Source of the DNA: a virus
Direction: 5' to 3' (one strand)
IMG/VR virus record: IMGVR_UViG_3300017917_003053
Location: 64,001 to 128,000 of that record
Length of the DNA: 64,000 bases
This document shows, one piece after another, positions 60,734 to 64,000 of the stretch. Position 1 is the stretch's first letter; the number at the start of each line of letters is the position of its first letter. Both the position numbers and the translations under genes were made by a program. The notes beneath the pieces are model-generated. The model had not been told where the DNA came from, ran no database searches, and saw only the letters and a program-made list of their open reading frames with translations.

Positions 60734-61425
60734 TATAGACTAAAACGGCCTTTGATAGCATTATAATTTTGACTAATTTCTATAACCGATAAAACTTTAT
60801 TATATAAAGTTATATTTGATATATCGCCAACTAAATGTTGAGTATAAGCATCATCTCTAGTACCTACTCTTAAAGTTCCAGAAGCTGTTCCAGTAGCCGA
60901 ACCTCGTGTTGTTGAGGCAACTTGTATTCCATCAAAATATCCAATTAAATTTGTTCCGTCAAATGTTAATCCAATATTATGCCATAATCCATCTGTAGCC
61001 TTTGTGGTACTATATGTGGTATATACGTCGTTATAGCTCGTCCCTGCCGCGAACCATAAAGCGCTAGCAGTGTAAGCGCTTAATTCAAAGTCAGAATTAC
61101 TCATTCTTAATATAGTTTGCCAAGAATTATCTTGTAAACTAGTTCTATACCAAACAAAAATACTTAGTGCAGAAAGCGCTGGGATATTTGCAATATCAAA
61201 CCTACTATAATTAGTACCAACAATTCCTCCATTAAAAGTAAAATATCCATTGCTATTATATAAAGGATATGTTGGGGACTGAGATCCAGCTTTGGCACCA
61301 CTATAAGAACTTGAAATTAAATTATTCCATGTGCTACCGCTACCAGGATAGCTTTTAGTATTTTTAGCATCTAGGTACATGATTAAAGAATCTGTAATAA
61401 TTCTAGGGCCATTGCTATAACTCAT
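60733..61425 (-). CDS. LamG/concanavalin A-like lectin domain protein
   Basis: YLDAKNTKSYPGSGSTW, WHNIGLTFDG, YNKVLS...QNYNA. Confidence 0.8.
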   Translation of the reverse strand: MSYSNGPRIITDSLIMYLDAKNTKSYPGSGSTWNNLISSSYSGAKAGSQSPTYPLYNSNGYFTFNGGIVGTNYSRFDIANIPALSALSIFVWYRTSLQDNSWQTILRMSNSDFELSAYTASALWFAAGTSYNDVYTTYSTTKATDGLWHNIGLTFDGTNLIGYFDGIQVASTTRGSATGTASGTLRVGTRDDAYTQHLVGDISNITLYNKVLSVIEISQNYNAIKGRFSL

Positions 61426-61604
61426 ATAATTTCCTGTATATTGATAATAGTTTTAATATCATACAATAGTTTTATTTGCTCTATAGCCAACTCTTCTGAT
61501 TCTGATAGCAACGTAGTACATAACCGAATTTCACTTATCTCTTCATCTGACAATAAAGGATTGAATTTATCATATATAATGCATAATATTTCAAAAGTTT
61601 TCAT
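61422..61604 (-). CDS. Small hypothetical protein
   Basis: 60 aa with ATGA overlaps on both sides. Confidence 0.55.
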   Translation of the reverse strand: MKTFEILCIIYDKFNPLLSDEEISEIRLCTTLLSESEELAIEQIKLLYDIKTIINIQEII

Positions 61605-62977
61605 AATGTTGTTAATCTAATAAGTTGAGAAGCATTTAAATATGTTGGTACATAAAATATTTTTTTATAACAGGCCATTCCTGGCATACTCAATATATTA
61701 AATTTTTGTGGTATCAAACTATTTGACGAAGTGCCTGTTGTTCCATTCATAGCGCACATTAATGGAGCATATTGTCTATTTGCGATTATCATTTTATTAT
61801 TTATTGCAGAAATTTGTACAGGGGCGCCAGCATTAAAGTCAAACGCTGCTTGTCCTGGAGGTCTATATAAATACGTCACATATCCAGATGCTCCAGCATT
61901 AGTATTAATTCTCATTGTGGCCGTATTTCCTGAGTTATACTTAGAGGTGGATCCTAGTGCTATTACGTTTCCGACTATTGTAGATATAAAAAAGTAAGGA
62001 GTGGTAAACTCAACATATACAGAACAAGAATCAGCACTATATCCTGCTAACAAATTGTTTTCTGTTGCGTCTGTGGACCCTATGATGCAAGTATCTCCAA
62101 AGCAAGTCCCCGCTGAACCTGTAGTTTTGATATATGCTGCAAAACATGTGTGATAATTAAAAGTGGTTATGTATATATCAGCCATAGCTCCCCAAAATAA
62201 TAATCCATCATTAGCGTTGGTTAACGATATAGATGACGATGATGATGTGGGAGTGAAAGTAATAGTATAATTTGCTGAGTTAATTGTAATTGCATCTTCT
62301 ATACTTAGTATGCATCTGTACCAGCCATTTCCCATATTGCATATGTGTTTATATATAAATTGTAATCCATTTTGATTAACTGGTGTTGGATAATGTGCTC
62401 CAAGTCCATTAGTATTATTTCCTAAAGTTCCAGTAGATAAATTATAATAACAATCAACAGTATTGGTTCCGTTATCAATTTTAATGTTTAAATTTTGACA
62501 TTCTGCTGCTTTGGCCATTATACTCACAGTTAATTGTCTTTTAAGCGTAGTACTAGCATTACCAGCTGCTGTTAAAATATAACTTAAATTTCCTCCAGAT
62601 GATGATAAACTGAGTTTAGAACCATTTGATACTCCATCTGGAGACAGTGTGGATGTAGAACTTAGCGAAGAATTCGTCTTAACCCAAACAGCTTGAGAAA
62701 AATCTTCACTATAATTAAAATAGTTATATGAAGTTCTTTGATTATCAATATATAATCCTCTATATTGCAAAACTCCATTACTGTCATATTCATAAGTAAA
62801 TCTTGGTTCATTTGCTCCTGCTGTTTTTATATATCCATCACTGCCAACATAAGTTGCTATACTATTTCTACTAAATGTAATTGGACCACCAATAGCTCCT
62901 GCGCTTGGATTAATGCTCTGCTGAGATACAAAATCTCTATAAAAAGTAGCTTTTACATTTCCATATTGAGTCGCCAT
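61601..62977 (-). CDS. Spike/fibre protein with carbohydrate-binding-like domain
   Basis: TFSRNSIATYVGSDG...NEPRF, YSEDFSQAVW, GNGWYRC motifs. Confidence 0.7.
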   Translation of the reverse strand: MATQYGNVKATFYRDFVSQQSINPSAGAIGGPITFSRNSIATYVGSDGYIKTAGANEPRFTYEYDSNGVLQYRGLYIDNQRTSYNYFNYSEDFSQAVWVKTNSSLSSTSTLSPDGVSNGSKLSLSSSGGNLSYILTAAGNASTTLKRQLTVSIMAKAAECQNLNIKIDNGTNTVDCYYNLSTGTLGNNTNGLGAHYPTPVNQNGLQFIYKHICNMGNGWYRCILSIEDAITINSANYTITFTPTSSSSSISLTNANDGLLFWGAMADIYITTFNYHTCFAAYIKTTGSAGTCFGDTCIIGSTDATENNLLAGYSADSCSVYVEFTTPYFFISTIVGNVIALGSTSKYNSGNTATMRINTNAGASGYVTYLYRPPGQAAFDFNAGAPVQISAINNKMIIANRQYAPLMCAMNGTTGTSSNSLIPQKFNILSMPGMACYKKIFYVPTYLNASQLIRLTTL

Positions 62978-63681
62978 TATAATCCAAACCTTCCTTTGAG
63001 AGCATTATAATTTTGTAAAATTTCAGTCTGAGTTAATTTTCTATTATAGACTTGAGTAAAAGAATTATATCCTGCTAAATCTTTATATCCAGATTGATAT
63101 CTACGACCTATCTGAGTGCTAGTTAAGCTAGTAAAGTTTGGAACTGATGCGTGATTTTTGGTTGGAGAAAATACTCCATTTCTAAAATAAATACTAGTTT
63201 GTGCAGTTCTATCAAATATAACTCCTATGAATACTAATAAGTTATTTACAAAAGTATTAGCTCCAAAATTATGAGAAGTTCCACCGCCATAAAAATCTAG
63301 ATTTAACGATCCAAAATTGATTTGAAAGAATATTGATTGTCCAGAGGCCGATCCTCCTGATCCTCCTGACTGATAGAAAAAATTACCATAATTATCACCA
63401 AACGTAATTAATTGATGGGCGCATACTATAGTAAAATCACCCTGATCAATTCTCATAGCATTGGATGTAGGTAAAGATATATAATCATCTACGGTATCAA
63501 GATATATTGATCCACCATTTGTGCTGGAATAGACAGCACCATTCATTAATGTTCCATGATTATTTCTACCACTTAGATCATACAAAACAGTACCATTACC
63601 AGGATAGCTTTTACTGTTTGCAGCATCCAAATGTAAAATAAGACCACTATTTGCTATACTTGGCCCACCATAAATTGACAT
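62977..63681 (-). CDS. LamG/concanavalin A-like lectin domain protein
   Basis: LHLDAANSKSYPGNG, DDYI, YNRKLT...QNYNA; likely start is MSIYGG. Confidence 0.8.
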   Translation of the reverse strand: MSIYGGPSIANSGLILHLDAANSKSYPGNGTVLYDLSGRNNHGTLMNGAVYSSTNGGSIYLDTVDDYISLPTSNAMRIDQGDFTIVCAHQLITFGDNYGNFFYQSGGSGGSASGQSIFFQINFGSLNLDFYGGGTSHNFGANTFVNNLLVFIGVIFDRTAQTSIYFRNGVFSPTKNHASVPNFTSLTSTQIGRRYQSGYKDLAGYNSFTQVYNRKLTQTEILQNYNALKGRFGL

Positions 63682-63682
63682 T

Positions 63683-64000
63683 CTAGTTCTCCTTTTCGAC
63701 AACTAGACTCTCCACATCCTTACGAACTCCTGTAAGCGTCCAAAAGAATTCTAATTCTCCCAATGTTTTTGCTCTATTTGCTTTAACTATAAATTTATCA
63801 TTTTTTAGATCAATTTTATCAACATATATAGTTTTGGCATGTTTATAATTGGTAATCTGAATATTTAAAGTATCATCATCATGAATCAAGTCTTTTAAAT
63901 AATCAGGCAGAATGACGCTTCCTGCCCCTTTAATAACCTTACCTCGTCCTGTAAGACGAACTCCGTGATATGGACTTTCCAAACTTCCATACTCTAAACT
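63683..64000 (-). CDS. C-terminal part of a fibre/spike protein (gene starts beyond the window)
   Basis: Frame open to the window end. LEYGSLESPYHGVRLTGRG...ILPDY...FFWTLTGVRKD resembles chaperone-type fibre C-termini. Confidence 0.6.
   Translation of the reverse strand, partial: SLEYGSLESPYHGVRLTGRGKVIKGAGSVILPDYLKDLIHDDDTLNIQITNYKHAKTIYVDKIDLKNDKFIVKANRAKTLGELEFFWTLTGVRKDVESLVVEKEN

Noticed and set aside
1-64000. Alternative genetic code, tRNA genes, tail sheath gene
   Set aside because: Standard-code ORFs tile the window with almost no gaps. No cloverleaf-sized intergenic region or recognisable sheath gene was seen, so tail type cannot be fixed from this window alone.

Overview
This is an AT-rich, gene-dense 64-kb segment of a large tailed dsDNA bacteriophage (Caudoviricetes), translated with the standard code. 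It has two convergent arms that meet at ~19.9 kb. The + strand arm (1-19960) is a replication/recombination block: RecA C-terminus, DnaB, DnaG, dNMP kinase, Cas4-like nuclease, a DnaE-type polymerase split into two genes around a DEDDh exonuclease, and SSB. It continues into an eight-gene glycosyl-/nucleotidyl-transferase cluster, an endonuclease, a Rad52-like annealase and a YfaP-like membrane protein. The - strand arm (64000 to 19912) is the virion module: LamG lectin and fibre proteins, neck and tail proteins, a major tail protein, chaperones, a 3170-aa tape measure protein (TMP), tail-tip proteins, and giant Cys/Trp-rich proteins followed by a small Cys-motif protein. The most striking feature is the TMP, which is built like a polyprotein. 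Five copies of a GxDTxPAxLxPGEFV module and many [FY]xxGG motifs bracket discrete inserted domains: an ADP-ribosyltransferase-like domain, an apparently circularly permuted HAD domain and a possible degenerate nuclease fold. This suggests effector cargo injected with the TMP and released by cleavage. I saw no tRNA, rRNA, CRISPR array, integrase, capsid, portal or terminase gene. All functional calls come from motif recognition by eye; no database search was run.
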